Origin: an uncultured Planctomycetia bacterium
Lineage (GTDB): Bacteria; Omnitrophota; Gorgyraeia; 2-02-FULL-51-18
DNA length: 64,000 nt
Direction: 5' to 3'
Assembly: GCA_964642015.1 (NCBI GenBank)
Contig: CAZXLF010000001.1
Location: 181,541-245,540, forward strand
Positions 9,818-19,615 of the stretch are shown here, in pieces; positions within the stretch are counted from its first letter, which is position 1, and each line of letters starts with the position of its first letter. The notes under the pieces are model-generated. The model was not told where the DNA came from. It made no database searches and was given only the letters and a program-made list of their open reading frames with translations. Made by a program: the position numbers and the translations under genes.

Positions 9818-11361
9818 ATCAGATCAAAAGAGCATTGGTCAGTGTTTACGATAAGACAGGCTTGATCCCATTTGCCAAAACACTCCATAGCCTCGGAGTA
9901 GAGATCCTGTCGACAGGCGGGACAGCCGAAGCGTTGAAAAAAGCCGGTGTGCCGGTAGAAGAAGTCTCTTCGGTGACGAAATTTCCTGAGATGTTGAACG
10001 GCCGGGTAAAAACGCTGCATCCGAATATTCATGCGGGATTGCTTGCGATGCGGGAAAGCCATGACCACATGAAAACCCTCAGCAAGCACCGCATTAAGCC
10101 AATCGATCTTTTGGTAGTTAACCTGTACCCGTTCTGGGACGCGGTCAAAACAAAAACTGATCCTCAGGAGATCATCGAGATGATCGATATCGGCGGGCCG
10201 GCGATGTTGAGAAGCGCCGCCAAGAATTTCAAGTCCGTCGCGGTGATTTCGGACCCCAGGGATTACGAATCGGTCAGTCAGGAGCTTAAAAAAAATGATC
10301 TGCGCTTGGGCGAGCCGCAGCTTAAGACGCTGGCCGCAAAAGTGTTTAAGCTGACCTCGTATTACGACGGGTTGATCCATCGTTATTTTGAGGGAAAAGT
10401 TTCGGCAAAAGAAGCGTTGCCAGAGCGCCTTACTTTGGATTTTGAAAAACTGAATGATCTCCGCTACGGCGAGAATCCGCACCAAAAAGGCGCTTTATAT
10501 GCGGAGAAAGGCGTTAAAAATGGAGGGGTTGTCAGGGCCAAGCAGCTGCATGGCAAGGAACTTTCGTTCAATAATATTTTGGACTTGGATGCGGCGCTTG
10601 AAATGGCCGAAGCTTTTGAAGGGCATGCTTGCTCGATCATCAAACACACGAGTCCATGCGGTTTTGCGCTCGGCCGGGATGCCAGAACCGCTTTCAAAAG
10701 CGCTTATCAGTGTGACCCGCTTTCCGCTTTTGGGTCGATTGTAGCTTTCAATACATTGGTTGATGATAAAGCAGCCCAGGAAATTCTGAACAGCGGTTTT
10801 ATCGAATGCGTTATCGCGCATGGATTTTCAAAAAAAGCGCTTGAGCTTTTGAAGGTGAAGAAGAATATGCGGCTTTTGTCTGTTGAAGCGTCGCATGAGC
10901 CTGAGTCATTGGATTTTAAAAAGGTAAGCGGCGGACTTTTGCTTCAGGAACGCGATGTCAAAGACCCTTCGGCTTCCGGTTTGCAGTGCGTTACGAAGTT
11001 AAAACCAAAGGATTCTCAGATCGAGGATCTTCTTTTTGCGTTCAAAGTATGCCGCTACGTGAAATCCAACGCGATCGTTATCGCAAAGAACAAAGTAACG
11101 CTTGGTTTGGGCATGGGACAGCCTTCGCGGGTCGATGCCTGTGAAACTGCGTTCAAAAAGGCCGGGAGACGTGCGAGAGGCGCAGTACTGGCTTCCGACG
11201 GGTTTTTTCCGAAACCGGACTCGATCAAGCTTGCTAAAAAATTCGGCATCAGCGCTATTATCCAACCCGGCGGTTCTATTCAGGACGAGGCGATCATTCG
11301 TGCCTGTGACCAGGCCAAGATCAGCATGGTCTTCACCGGAGTCCGTCATTTCAAGCATTAA
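9814..11361 (+). CDS. purH: AICAR transformylase / IMP cyclohydrolase
   Basis: RALVSVYDKTG, GRVKTLHP, LRYGENPHQ, IIQPGGS, GVRHFKH. Confidence 0.97.
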   Translation: MNQIKRALVSVYDKTGLIPFAKTLHSLGVEILSTGGTAEALKKAGVPVEEVSSVTKFPEMLNGRVKTLHPNIHAGLLAMRESHDHMKTLSKHRIKPIDLLVVNLYPFWDAVKTKTDPQEIIEMIDIGGPAMLRSAAKNFKSVAVISDPRDYESVSQELKKNDLRLGEPQLKTLAAKVFKLTSYYDGLIHRYFEGKVSAKEALPERLTLDFEKLNDLRYGENPHQKGALYAEKGVKNGGVVRAKQLHGKELSFNNILDLDAALEMAEAFEGHACSIIKHTSPCGFALGRDARTAFKSAYQCDPLSAFGSIVAFNTLVDDKAAQEILNSGFIECVIAHGFSKKALELLKVKKNMRLLSVEASHEPESLDFKKVSGGLLLQERDVKDPSASGLQCVTKLKPKDSQIEDLLFAFKVCRYVKSNAIVIAKNKVTLGLGMGQPSRVDACETAFKKAGRRARGAVLASDGFFPKPDSIKLAKKFGISAIIQPGGSIQDEAIIRACDQAKISMVFTGVRHFKH

Positions 11362-11381
11362 AAGATAAAGAGTCTCCCGCC

Positions 11382-12692
11382 ATGAATTATGAAGACGCGG
11401 TCGAATTCCTTGATTCATTCATCAATCACGAAAGATCCGTCTCATCGAAGTATCCGGAGAATTTCAAGCTTGATCGCATGCGCCAGCTCGCGAAAGAGAT
11501 CGGCAATCCTCAGAATTCATACGAGAACATCATCATCGCCGGCTCTAAAGGCAAAGGGTCGACGTCAGCGATCTTAAGCTCGATATTGCGGATGGATAAT
11601 TTTCGTGTGGGCCTTTATATATCACCGCATCTTATATCGGTCAGAGAGCGCATTCAAGTCAACGGCCTTATGATCAGCGAGGCGCGCTTCACGGACATTA
11701 TTTATTTGCTGAAGAAGGTGCTTGAAGAGCCTTATTGGAGGCGTAACCCGCCGACTTATTTTGAGCTGATCACAGCCGCTGCGTTCTATCATTTTAAAGA
11801 ATTGAAAGTTCATGTAGCTGTGCTGGAAGTAGGATTGGGTGGGATGTTTGATTCGACGAATGTCGCCAGTGCAAAAGTCGTAGGGATCGCGCCGATCAGC
11901 TTGGAACATACGGATAAACTCGGAAAAACACTTTCAAAGATCGCCGTGCAGAAATGCGGTATTATAAAAGGCAGAGAGGTCGTGGTTTCGGCCCCTCAAG
12001 CAGCTGAGGCGGAAGCGGTGATACAGAAAACAGCGGATGAAAAAGAAGCGCGCTTAGTGCGAGTTGGTAAAGAGATCCGCATTTTTGAAAGAGAACACAG
12101 CGAGGATAGCCAAAGTTTTGATCTCAAGTCGGATTTCGGGAATTATTATGATCTGGAGATTAAGCTTCTCGGTCGTCATCAGATCGATAATGCGGCGGTC
12201 GCGGTTGGATTGGCCAAAGCGCTTGAGTCTAAGACCCGGCTTAAGATCAGCGACAGCGCGGTCCGCCAAGGGGTTTTAGATGCTAGATGGCCCGGGCGCC
12301 TTGAGAAAATTGCAAACAACCCGATCGTGATCTTGGACGGCGCGCAAAATCCGGAAAGCGCTAAAAAATTGATGGATGCGGTGAAACGCCATTTTCACTT
12401 TGAGAAATTATTTTTAGTGCTTGGTATATCCAGTGATAAAGATCTAGATGGAATTTTGGCTGAATTGATGCCGGAGACAAATTCCTTGATAGCCACCCAA
12501 TCAAATAATATCCGGGCTCTTCCAACATCCATCATTGCCGAACATGCCAAAGAATTCGGCAAGCACGTGATTGCGGAGGAAACGGCATTATCAGCTCTTA
12601 ACAAAGCAAAGGAGTTAGCCGGGAAGAATGACCTGATCCTAGTTGCTGGCTCGCTATTTTTAGTCGGGGAGATCAAACAACAAAATGCTTAA
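11382..12692 (+). CDS. folC: folylpolyglutamate / dihydrofolate synthase
   Basis: AGSKGKGST, SPHL, ERI, LEVGLGG, WPGRLE, GSLFLVGE. Confidence 0.93.
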   Translation: MNYEDAVEFLDSFINHERSVSSKYPENFKLDRMRQLAKEIGNPQNSYENIIIAGSKGKGSTSAILSSILRMDNFRVGLYISPHLISVRERIQVNGLMISEARFTDIIYLLKKVLEEPYWRRNPPTYFELITAAAFYHFKELKVHVAVLEVGLGGMFDSTNVASAKVVGIAPISLEHTDKLGKTLSKIAVQKCGIIKGREVVVSAPQAAEAEAVIQKTADEKEARLVRVGKEIRIFEREHSEDSQSFDLKSDFGNYYDLEIKLLGRHQIDNAAVAVGLAKALESKTRLKISDSAVRQGVLDARWPGRLEKIANNPIVILDGAQNPESAKKLMDAVKRHFHFEKLFLVLGISSDKDLDGILAELMPETNSLIATQSNNIRALPTSIIAEHAKEFGKHVIAEETALSALNKAKELAGKNDLILVAGSLFLVGEIKQQNA

Positions 12693-14085
12693 AGAGTTCG
12701 ACCAGGATACGATCGCGGCGATCTCGACCCCGCTTGGATATGGCGGTATAGGCGTTATTCGCCTAAGTGGACCGAATGCGATTTTTATCGCTGACCAAGT
12801 GTTTCAAGCGTCCAGCGGAAAACTTGTCAAGGAACAGGCAAGTTTTAGCGCGCAACATGGATATGTCGTTAAAAACAGATCAAACAACGCTGAAAAAGTC
12901 GACGAAGTCATTGTTCTGCTGATGCGGGCGCCGAAGAGCTATACCTGCGAGGATGTTGTTGAGATCAGCGCGCACGGCGGGAGCGCTGTATTGAAAGCGA
13001 TCCTTGATCTATTGATAGAGCATGGCGCACGTCTTGCGGCGAAAGGCGAATTCACGAAACGCGCGTTCTTGAACGGACGCATCGATCTTTTGCAGGCCGA
13101 AGCGGTGCTTGATCTTGTGAAAGCTGATACCGAACTTGGTCGTAAGTGGGCGACTTCGCAACTGGGAGGTTTTTTGTCTCGGGAGATGAAAACAGTAAAG
13201 GATAAGTTAGTGAATATTTTAAGCTATCTTGAAGCGCTTATTGATTTTCCCGAGGATCATATCGAAGAAAAACCGTTCGCTCAAGTAATGGAACAATTTA
13301 ATGAGACGGAAAAAAAACTTTTGGATCTTTTGTCGACAGCATCAACTGGTTTCAGGGTTAAACAAGGTTTCAAAATAGTGATAGCCGGGCGTCCGAATGT
13401 CGGTAAATCAAGTCTGATGAACCGGCTGGTAAAAGATAATCGGGTGATCGTCACGCCTTTTGCCGGTACCACGCGCGATGCAGTGGAAGAGCAGATCCAG
13501 ATCCAAGGGTTTCCGGTGCGTATTGTTGACACGGCGGGCATTCAGGAGACGGCCCATCCGATAGAAAAAGAAGGCATAGAGAGGTCAAAGGCGGCTGTTT
13601 TAAGTTCCGATGCGGTTTTGTATGTAGTGGATTCCAGTCAGACAGAAAATAATGAAGATGAAGAACTTTTTAAAGATCTTGCGGATAAACGAAGAATTTT
13701 AATCCTCAATAAGAGCGATCTTTCTCAGAAATTAAGTCCGGAACGTGTGTTGCGCTGGGCCCTCAATACTAGAATTATAAAAACATCTTGTTTGAATGAT
13801 CAGGGAATTAGAGAGTTAGAAAATGAAATAGTTAGCTTGGTAACGGGAGATAGTCCTGGGGTATCCGAAAGTTCAGTCATTACTTCGGTCAGACAGAAAG
13901 ACTTGTTAGACAAATCATTACAGTGTGTCAAGGCATCAAAGGCCGCTTTTTTATCTCAGTTATCTCCCGAGCTTGTCGCTGTTGAAGTGCGTTCAGCTTT
14001 GGATCATCTGGGTATGTTGGTTGGTGAAGTAGTTACTGATGATGTTCTGGACGTGCTGTTCAATCAATTCTGTATCGGTAAGTAA
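12685..14085 (+). CDS. mnmE: tRNA modification GTPase MnmE/TrmE
   Basis: DTIAAIST, GEFTKRAFLNGR, GRPNVGKSS, DTAG, NKSD, terminal FCIGK. Confidence 0.97.
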   Translation: MLKEFDQDTIAAISTPLGYGGIGVIRLSGPNAIFIADQVFQASSGKLVKEQASFSAQHGYVVKNRSNNAEKVDEVIVLLMRAPKSYTCEDVVEISAHGGSAVLKAILDLLIEHGARLAAKGEFTKRAFLNGRIDLLQAEAVLDLVKADTELGRKWATSQLGGFLSREMKTVKDKLVNILSYLEALIDFPEDHIEEKPFAQVMEQFNETEKKLLDLLSTASTGFRVKQGFKIVIAGRPNVGKSSLMNRLVKDNRVIVTPFAGTTRDAVEEQIQIQGFPVRIVDTAGIQETAHPIEKEGIERSKAAVLSSDAVLYVVDSSQTENNEDEELFKDLADKRRILILNKSDLSQKLSPERVLRWALNTRIIKTSCLNDQGIRELENEIVSLVTGDSPGVSESSVITSVRQKDLLDKSLQCVKASKAAFLSQLSPELVAVEVRSALDHLGMLVGEVVTDDVLDVLFNQFCIGK

Positions 14086-14159
14086 GTCTGCAAAATTCTT
14101 GCAGAGTTGTCCTTTAATCTATATAATAACGCCATTATTATAAAAGAGTTATAAAAATA

Positions 14160-14624
14160 ATGGTGCTTGATCATTCGGATTCAATCTTAGCCCAATGGTA
14201 CCGAAATAGGGTTTTTTTTGTCGGTTTTTGGTCGTGGGCAATAGCCCAGACGATCAAAGTGATCTTGGGTATCATGAGGGAGAAACGGTTTAATTTCAGA
14301 TGGTTCGTCGGTTCCGGCGGAATGCCTAGCTCCCATGCGGCGTTGGCGACCGGCTTAACCACCTCTATTGGTTTGTATCACGGTTTTGATTCCGGTCTTT
14401 TTGCGATGGCCTTTGCGTTCATGGTGATCACGATGTTCGATGCGCAGGGAGTAAGACGCCAGAGCGGTCACCAAGCGGAGGCACTGAACAAGATCATAGA
14501 CGACCTCTATGCGCATCGGGATGTTGGAGAAGACCGTTTGAAGGAGCTTTTTGGACATACACCTGTCCAGGTTTTTGCCGGCGGACTGGTAGGTATCGTG
14601 ATCGCACTTCTTTTTTACCGTTAG
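14160..14624 (+). CDS. divergent PAP2 family protein (DUF212)
   Basis: SGGMPSSHAA, MFDAQGVRRQSG, LKELFGHTP. Confidence 0.9.
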   Translation: MVLDHSDSILAQWYRNRVFFVGFWSWAIAQTIKVILGIMREKRFNFRWFVGSGGMPSSHAALATGLTTSIGLYHGFDSGLFAMAFAFMVITMFDAQGVRRQSGHQAEALNKIIDDLYAHRDVGEDRLKELFGHTPVQVFAGGLVGIVIALLFYR

Positions 14625-14632
14625 AGGATTTT

Positions 14633-15415
14633 TTGAACAAAAAAACGATCATTGCGTTTTTCTTAGGATTTGTTACCGCCGGCACTGTTTTTGGGGCGCT
14701 CAGTGTGGTTCGACATTCGACACGTCATGCTGATACTCCGGCCCCTCAAATATTGGAACCGGCAATATCAGATAAGACGCCAACGTCGATCCCAAAGGCA
14801 GCTGCCCCGGCTTCACAGTTTCAGATAGAAGAGATCCGCCAGCCATCAGAAACAGCCGCTTTTAAGGCGTTTCTTTCCCCGAATATTGATGGTCATTCTC
14901 TGACCCATGAGGTCAGGTCAGGCGATACATTGACGAGTATTTCAAGAAAGTACCATGTCACACTGGATCTGATCCGAAGGATCAATCGTATCGATGAAGA
15001 CAAACTCATCCTTGGTTCTAAGTTAAAGATCCCCACCTATAAATTGAGTGTTGTAGTCGATAAGTCTCAGAACACGCTGATCTTGAAAGGCGACGAAGAT
15101 GTGCTTAAAACTTATGTTGTTTCTACCGGCGTGAATAATTCCACGCCAGTCGGTGTTTTTAAGATCACTGACAAATTGATCCATCCGACATGGTACAAGC
15201 CCGGTGGTAAGGCCATACCGTATGGTGATCCGAGAAATCTCTTGGGCACTCGATGGATGGGTATCAGTAAAAAAGGTTACGGCATCCACGGCACTCTGGA
15301 ACCCGAAAAACTCGGTCAACAGGTGACGGATGGTTGCGTGAGAATGAGAAATGAAGAAGTGGAGGAACTCTATGGATTTCTTATACCAGGCACTGAAGTC
15401 ACCATTGTGGACTAG
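14633..15415 (+). CDS. LysM-domain L,D-transpeptidase (YkuD)
   Basis: LysM VRSGDTLTSIS; YGIHGT...TDGCVRM catalytic motif. Confidence 0.92.
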   Translation: MNKKTIIAFFLGFVTAGTVFGALSVVRHSTRHADTPAPQILEPAISDKTPTSIPKAAAPASQFQIEEIRQPSETAAFKAFLSPNIDGHSLTHEVRSGDTLTSISRKYHVTLDLIRRINRIDEDKLILGSKLKIPTYKLSVVVDKSQNTLILKGDEDVLKTYVVSTGVNNSTPVGVFKITDKLIHPTWYKPGGKAIPYGDPRNLLGTRWMGISKKGYGIHGTLEPEKLGQQVTDGCVRMRNEEVEELYGFLIPGTEVTIVD

Positions 15416-15421
15416 AAGCCA

Positions 15422-16465
15422 ATGATATCGACGCTGGAATTTGAGAAGCCGATCGTTGAACTCGAAAAGAAGATCTCGGAGCTTAGGAATTTGAGTTCCG
15501 ACGGCAATCTTAATCTTCAATCGGAAGTGAAAAAGCTTGAAGCGCGTCTGGCTCATGTAAAAAAAGAAACTTATGCCCAGCTTACGCCCTGGCAACGCGT
15601 GCAGATCGCCCGGCACCCCAAGCGTCCCTATACCTTAGACTACATTCAGATGATCTTTACCGATTTTGTCGAGCTGCATGGTGATCGGACATTTGCAGAT
15701 GACAAAGCACTTGTCGGAGGTTTGGCTAAACTTGATGGCGAGTCATTCGTGGTGATGGGTCACCAGAAGGGTCGCGACGCCAAAGAGAATATCATGAGGA
15801 ATTTTGGCAGCGCTCATCCGGAAGGTTACCGTAAGGCACTGCGGCTTATGAAAATGGCCGAAAAATTTTCAATGCCGATAGCAGTTTTTATAGATACTCC
15901 GGGCGCGTATCCGGGAGTCGGCGCGGAGGAGAGAGGTCAGGCTTACACGATCGCGTACAACATCCGTGAAATGGCCAGAGTCCGCGTACCGATTATTGTA
16001 TTTGTGATCGGAGAAGGCGGCTCAGGCGGTGCTCTAGGTATCGGTGTCGGCGACAGAGTGGTTGTGCTAGAAAATTCTTATTATTCGGTCATTTCACCAG
16101 AGGGTTGTGCTGCGATCCTGTGGAAAGACAGGACCAAGGCGCCTGAAGCCGCGGCTGCTTTGAGGTTGACCGCCAAAGATCTTTTAGAGATGAAGCTGAT
16201 CGATGAAGTCATTAAGGAGCCGCTTGGCGGAGCGCATACAAATCCCGAATTTACCGCCGAACAGATCGGATTTTCTCTTAGAAAATACATCAAAGAGCTT
16301 AGAAGCATTTCGAAGAACACTTTAATTGAAGATCGATACGAAAAATTTAGACGCATGGGTATTTTTGAGGAATTGATCAATGCTCAGGCGGTACAAAAAA
16401 TTCAACAGAAACATGAAAAAAAGCATTACGAAAAAAGAGTTTCAAGTACCCAGCGTTCTGTCTGA
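15422..16465 (+). CDS. accA: acetyl-CoA carboxylase carboxyltransferase alpha
   Basis: LEFEKPI, ARHPKRP, PEGYRKALR, DTPGAYPG, AEERGQ, GEGGSGGAL. Confidence 0.97.
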   Translation: MISTLEFEKPIVELEKKISELRNLSSDGNLNLQSEVKKLEARLAHVKKETYAQLTPWQRVQIARHPKRPYTLDYIQMIFTDFVELHGDRTFADDKALVGGLAKLDGESFVVMGHQKGRDAKENIMRNFGSAHPEGYRKALRLMKMAEKFSMPIAVFIDTPGAYPGVGAEERGQAYTIAYNIREMARVRVPIIVFVIGEGGSGGALGIGVGDRVVVLENSYYSVISPEGCAAILWKDRTKAPEAAAALRLTAKDLLEMKLIDEVIKEPLGGAHTNPEFTAEQIGFSLRKYIKELRSISKNTLIEDRYEKFRRMGIFEELINAQAVQKIQQKHEKKHYEKRVSSTQRSV

Positions 16466-16847
16466 AGTCCAGAAAGCCAGCGAGAAAGTGCTAGGATTCT
16501 TAAGGCCTCTAGCGTTGAGCGAAGCGTTTCTGTTTGACATCCGGCTTTGCCTCGAGGAAGCACTGATTAACGCGATGAAGTACGGCAATAAATTAAGAGA
16601 AGATCTGGCCGTGCGTCTAGAAGCTGAGTACGATCAGGATGAGGTCCGTATCCGTGTGGAAGATCAGGGCGAAGGTTTTGAGCCCGGAAGTCTTCGAAGG
16701 TGTACGGAAGGTGAAAATCTTTTGAGGAACAGCGGTAGAGGAGTTTATCTGATCCATCAGTTGATGGACAAAGTGGTTTATAGCCCAAAAGGCAATAGTG
16801 TGTTGATGGTGAAATTTTTAAGAAAAGCGCAGGCATCTCCCAATTGA
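16413..16847 (+). CDS. RsbW/SpoIIAB-like anti-sigma factor Ser kinase
   Basis: EEALINAMKYGN, DQGEGF, SGRGVYLI; probable ATG 16413 overlaps the accA 3' end. Confidence 0.85.
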   Translation: MKKSITKKEFQVPSVLSEVQKASEKVLGFLRPLALSEAFLFDIRLCLEEALINAMKYGNKLREDLAVRLEAEYDQDEVRIRVEDQGEGFEPGSLRRCTEGENLLRNSGRGVYLIHQLMDKVVYSPKGNSVLMVKFLRKAQASPN

Positions 16848-16886
16848 TATTTTGAGTCGTAGGCGGTTTCACAAAGAGGAGGATTT

Positions 16887-17213
16887 ATGAATATTAAATC
16901 GTATGAACAGGATGGTGTCGCTGTTTTTCAAGTGAACGGCGAGATCAATATCAGCACATCTCCTGAATTGCGCAAGCTATTTGAGAAAGAACAAAAAAAG
17001 AAGATCGTGATCGATTTTGAGAAAGTAACCTATATTGACAGCTCAGGTCTTGCGACGTTGGTCGAAGTGCTGAAGAAGACCAAAACCCAGGGCGGGTCAT
17101 TAGGGCTTGCTTCGATGTCTGACAAGGTCAAAAGCCTTTTTGAGATCACTAAACTCGACAAGCTATTTTCTATCTTTCAAAACCAAAACGATGCGGTGAA
17201 CAGCGTTAAATAA
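16887..17213 (+). CDS. STAS-domain anti-anti-sigma factor (RsbV/MlaB-like)
   Basis: GEIN, YIDSSGLATL phospho-Ser motif, FEITKLD. Confidence 0.9.
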   Translation: MNIKSYEQDGVAVFQVNGEINISTSPELRKLFEKEQKKKIVIDFEKVTYIDSSGLATLVEVLKKTKTQGGSLGLASMSDKVKSLFEITKLDKLFSIFQNQNDAVNSVK

Positions 17214-17225
17214 TTTCCTAAAATC

Positions 17226-18017
17226 ATGTTACTCGAGTCTATCGGCCGCGCAACGAATTCTTTTTTTAAGCAGTTCAAAGAAGTGCTGGTTCTTCTGTGC
17301 CAGGCGGTCTATTGGTGCGTGGTGGGTCCTTTCAGGAAGAAGCCTGTTTCAAGGAAGAACCTATTTGCACAAACGGTTTTTTCGGGAATTGATTCACTGA
17401 TCATTGTGTTTTTTGTGAATTTTTTTATCGGGATCGTTCTGGCGATGCAATCCGCATATCAATTGGAGCAATTGGGCGCATCGATCTATGTGGCAGCGCT
17501 GGTTGGTGTGTCCATGACCCGTGAGATCGGGCCGGTTCTCACGTCGCTGGTCATCGCGGGCCGCGTGGGCGCTGCGATCACCGCGCAGATCTCGACGATG
17601 AAAGTTACCGAGCAGGTCGAAGCGCTTGAAACGATAAGCTTGAACCCGGTGCGCTATCTTGTGGCGCCGCGTTTTTTGGCGCTTTTGCTCATGCTGCCAT
17701 GCCTTGTGATTTTAGGTGATATTATCGGCATGATCGGAGGGTACTTCGTTGGCATATACAATTTAGGTTTGAGCTCAGGACTTTATATCGATACAACGAT
17801 CCAGTTTTTGACCGTGAAAGATATCAATACGGGTCTTTTTAAAAGTGCGGTTTTTTCCGTGATTATTTCAATGATCGCGTGTTATCAGGGTCTTTCAACC
17901 GAGGGCGGCGCTGAAGGTGTCGGCCGGGCCACGACGAAAAGCGTCGTGACAGCATTTATTTTGATCATCATCGCCGACGCGATATTAACGGCGGTTTTCT
18001 ATTTTGCGAAAACTTAA
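17226..18017 (+). CDS. mlaE: MlaE-family ABC permease
   Basis: REIGPVLT, AGRVGAAITAQISTMKVTEQVEAL, GGAEGVGRATT. Confidence 0.92.
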   Translation: MLLESIGRATNSFFKQFKEVLVLLCQAVYWCVVGPFRKKPVSRKNLFAQTVFSGIDSLIIVFFVNFFIGIVLAMQSAYQLEQLGASIYVAALVGVSMTREIGPVLTSLVIAGRVGAAITAQISTMKVTEQVEALETISLNPVRYLVAPRFLALLLMLPCLVILGDIIGMIGGYFVGIYNLGLSSGLYIDTTIQFLTVKDINTGLFKSAVFSVIISMIACYQGLSTEGGAEGVGRATTKSVVTAFILIIIADAILTAVFYFAKT

Positions 18018-18845
18018 ATGACAACGACCCATCATCATAATAAAGAAGTCGTGATCAGCGTTAAGAGCCTCGTGAAGAATTTCGGCGCGCGCAGAATCCT
18101 GAATGATATCAGTCTGGATATTTACCAAGGAGAGACGCTCGTGATCATGGGCGGCTCCGGCTGCGGGAAGAGTACTTTTTTGAGGCATCTGATCGGTTCG
18201 ATACGGCCGGATTCGGGTGAAGTGTGGATGTTCGGGAAAGATATTGCCAAAGCCAGCGATGAGGAAATGGATGAGATCCGCAAGAAGTTTGGAATGCTTT
18301 TCCAATCGGGTGCGTTGTTTGATTCCATGAATGTGGCGGATAATATTGCGTTGCCTCTGAGAGAGCATGCTAAACTGGATGAGAACATCGTCGGCATTAT
18401 CGTTAAGATGAAACTTGAGCTTGTGGGGCTTCGAGGATTCGAAAATTTGATGCCATCCCAACTTTCCGGCGGTATGAAAAAAAGAGTAGGACTTGCACGC
18501 GCAATCGTGATGGATCCCAAGATAGTTTTTTATGATGAACCGACCGCGGGACTTGATCCGGTGATGACCGGAGTGGTCGACAAACTTACGATCGATCTTA
18601 CCAAGAAACTCCAGATCACATCGGTCGTCGTAACCCATGACATGAACAGCGTTTTTCGAATTGCGGACAGGGTTGTTATGCTGCATCAAGGAAATATCAT
18701 GCAGATCGGGACACCCGAAGAGATACAGAATTCCAAGAATCCTTATGTGAGGCAATTTATATCGGGCGATGCGGAAGGGCCGATTTCATTTGTTCAACAG
18801 GGCGATGACTATTTGGAGCATCTGACATCTGAGATCAAGGAATAA
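18018..18845 (+). CDS. mlaF: MlaF-family ABC ATPase
   Basis: GGSGCGKS, FQSGALFDS, LSGGMKKRVGLARA, YDEPTAGLDP. Confidence 0.92.
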   Translation: MTTTHHHNKEVVISVKSLVKNFGARRILNDISLDIYQGETLVIMGGSGCGKSTFLRHLIGSIRPDSGEVWMFGKDIAKASDEEMDEIRKKFGMLFQSGALFDSMNVADNIALPLREHAKLDENIVGIIVKMKLELVGLRGFENLMPSQLSGGMKKRVGLARAIVMDPKIVFYDEPTAGLDPVMTGVVDKLTIDLTKKLQITSVVVTHDMNSVFRIADRVVMLHQGNIMQIGTPEEIQNSKNPYVRQFISGDAEGPISFVQQGDDYLEHLTSEIKE

Positions 18846-18877
18846 TAAAATAAGATCATTATCGGAGGCTTAGCGGA

Positions 18878-19582
18878 ATGAAAATTAAAGTGACGAATGA
18901 AGCGAAAACGGGGATCCTGGTGCTGGTGTGTCTGGCGGTATTCGGTGCGCTGATCCTGAAAGTCGGCAATTTTTCATTATTTCAGCATGGATACACCGTG
19001 AAATGTCAGCTTCATTATACGGCAGGCGTCAAGAAGCATGCTCCGGTGCGCCTGTCAGGCGTTGATGTCGGTGAAGTGCAGGATATCCGGATCCTTTATG
19101 ATGATCAGACGACGATTGAGCTGATCCTCTGGCTCCGTGAAGGCGTAAAACTCCGTTTGGATTCCAAGGCTTACGTAACAACTTTGGGCCTGATGGGTGA
19201 GAAATATATCGAAATAAAAGCCGGTACTACCGCCGCCCAATATGCTAAACCAGGAGATCTGATCCCGGGGCAGGATCCTGTCCGGCTTGAAGATCTTATC
19301 GAGACAGCGACCAAGGTGGCCAATGATATCGGCCAGATGGCTAAAGACATTAGCAAAGTGGCCAGTCACGTGGATACGGCGATACAGGACAACAAGCCGA
19401 AGCTTGACCATATCTTCACGAATCTTGAAGATACATCAGAGAATTTCAAGGATTTCAGCCAGGATATTAAATTCCATCCATGGAAGGTCTTGGTGAAGGG
19501 CAAAGAAAAGACAAGAGAAGAAATGGATGAAGAAGACGCCAAACAAAAAGAAGAGCGCGCTAAAAAGCGATCTCGCTCCTAG
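18878..19582 (+). CDS. mlaD: MCE/MlaD family protein
   Basis: N-terminal TM, APVRLSGVDVGEV, GLMGEKYIEI. Confidence 0.88.
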   Translation: MKIKVTNEAKTGILVLVCLAVFGALILKVGNFSLFQHGYTVKCQLHYTAGVKKHAPVRLSGVDVGEVQDIRILYDDQTTIELILWLREGVKLRLDSKAYVTTLGLMGEKYIEIKAGTTAAQYAKPGDLIPGQDPVRLEDLIETATKVANDIGQMAKDISKVASHVDTAIQDNKPKLDHIFTNLEDTSENFKDFSQDIKFHPWKVLVKGKEKTREEMDEEDAKQKEERAKKRSRS

Positions 19583-19615
19583 TGGTCAGAAAGACCGCAA
19601 AGGTCATAGCACCTT

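Noticed and set aside
9790-10485. 231-aa antisense ORF (also 17985-18755, 15023-15616 and 51182-51781)
   Set aside because: These are shadow frames opposite purH, mlaF, ykuD/accA and res, with no motifs
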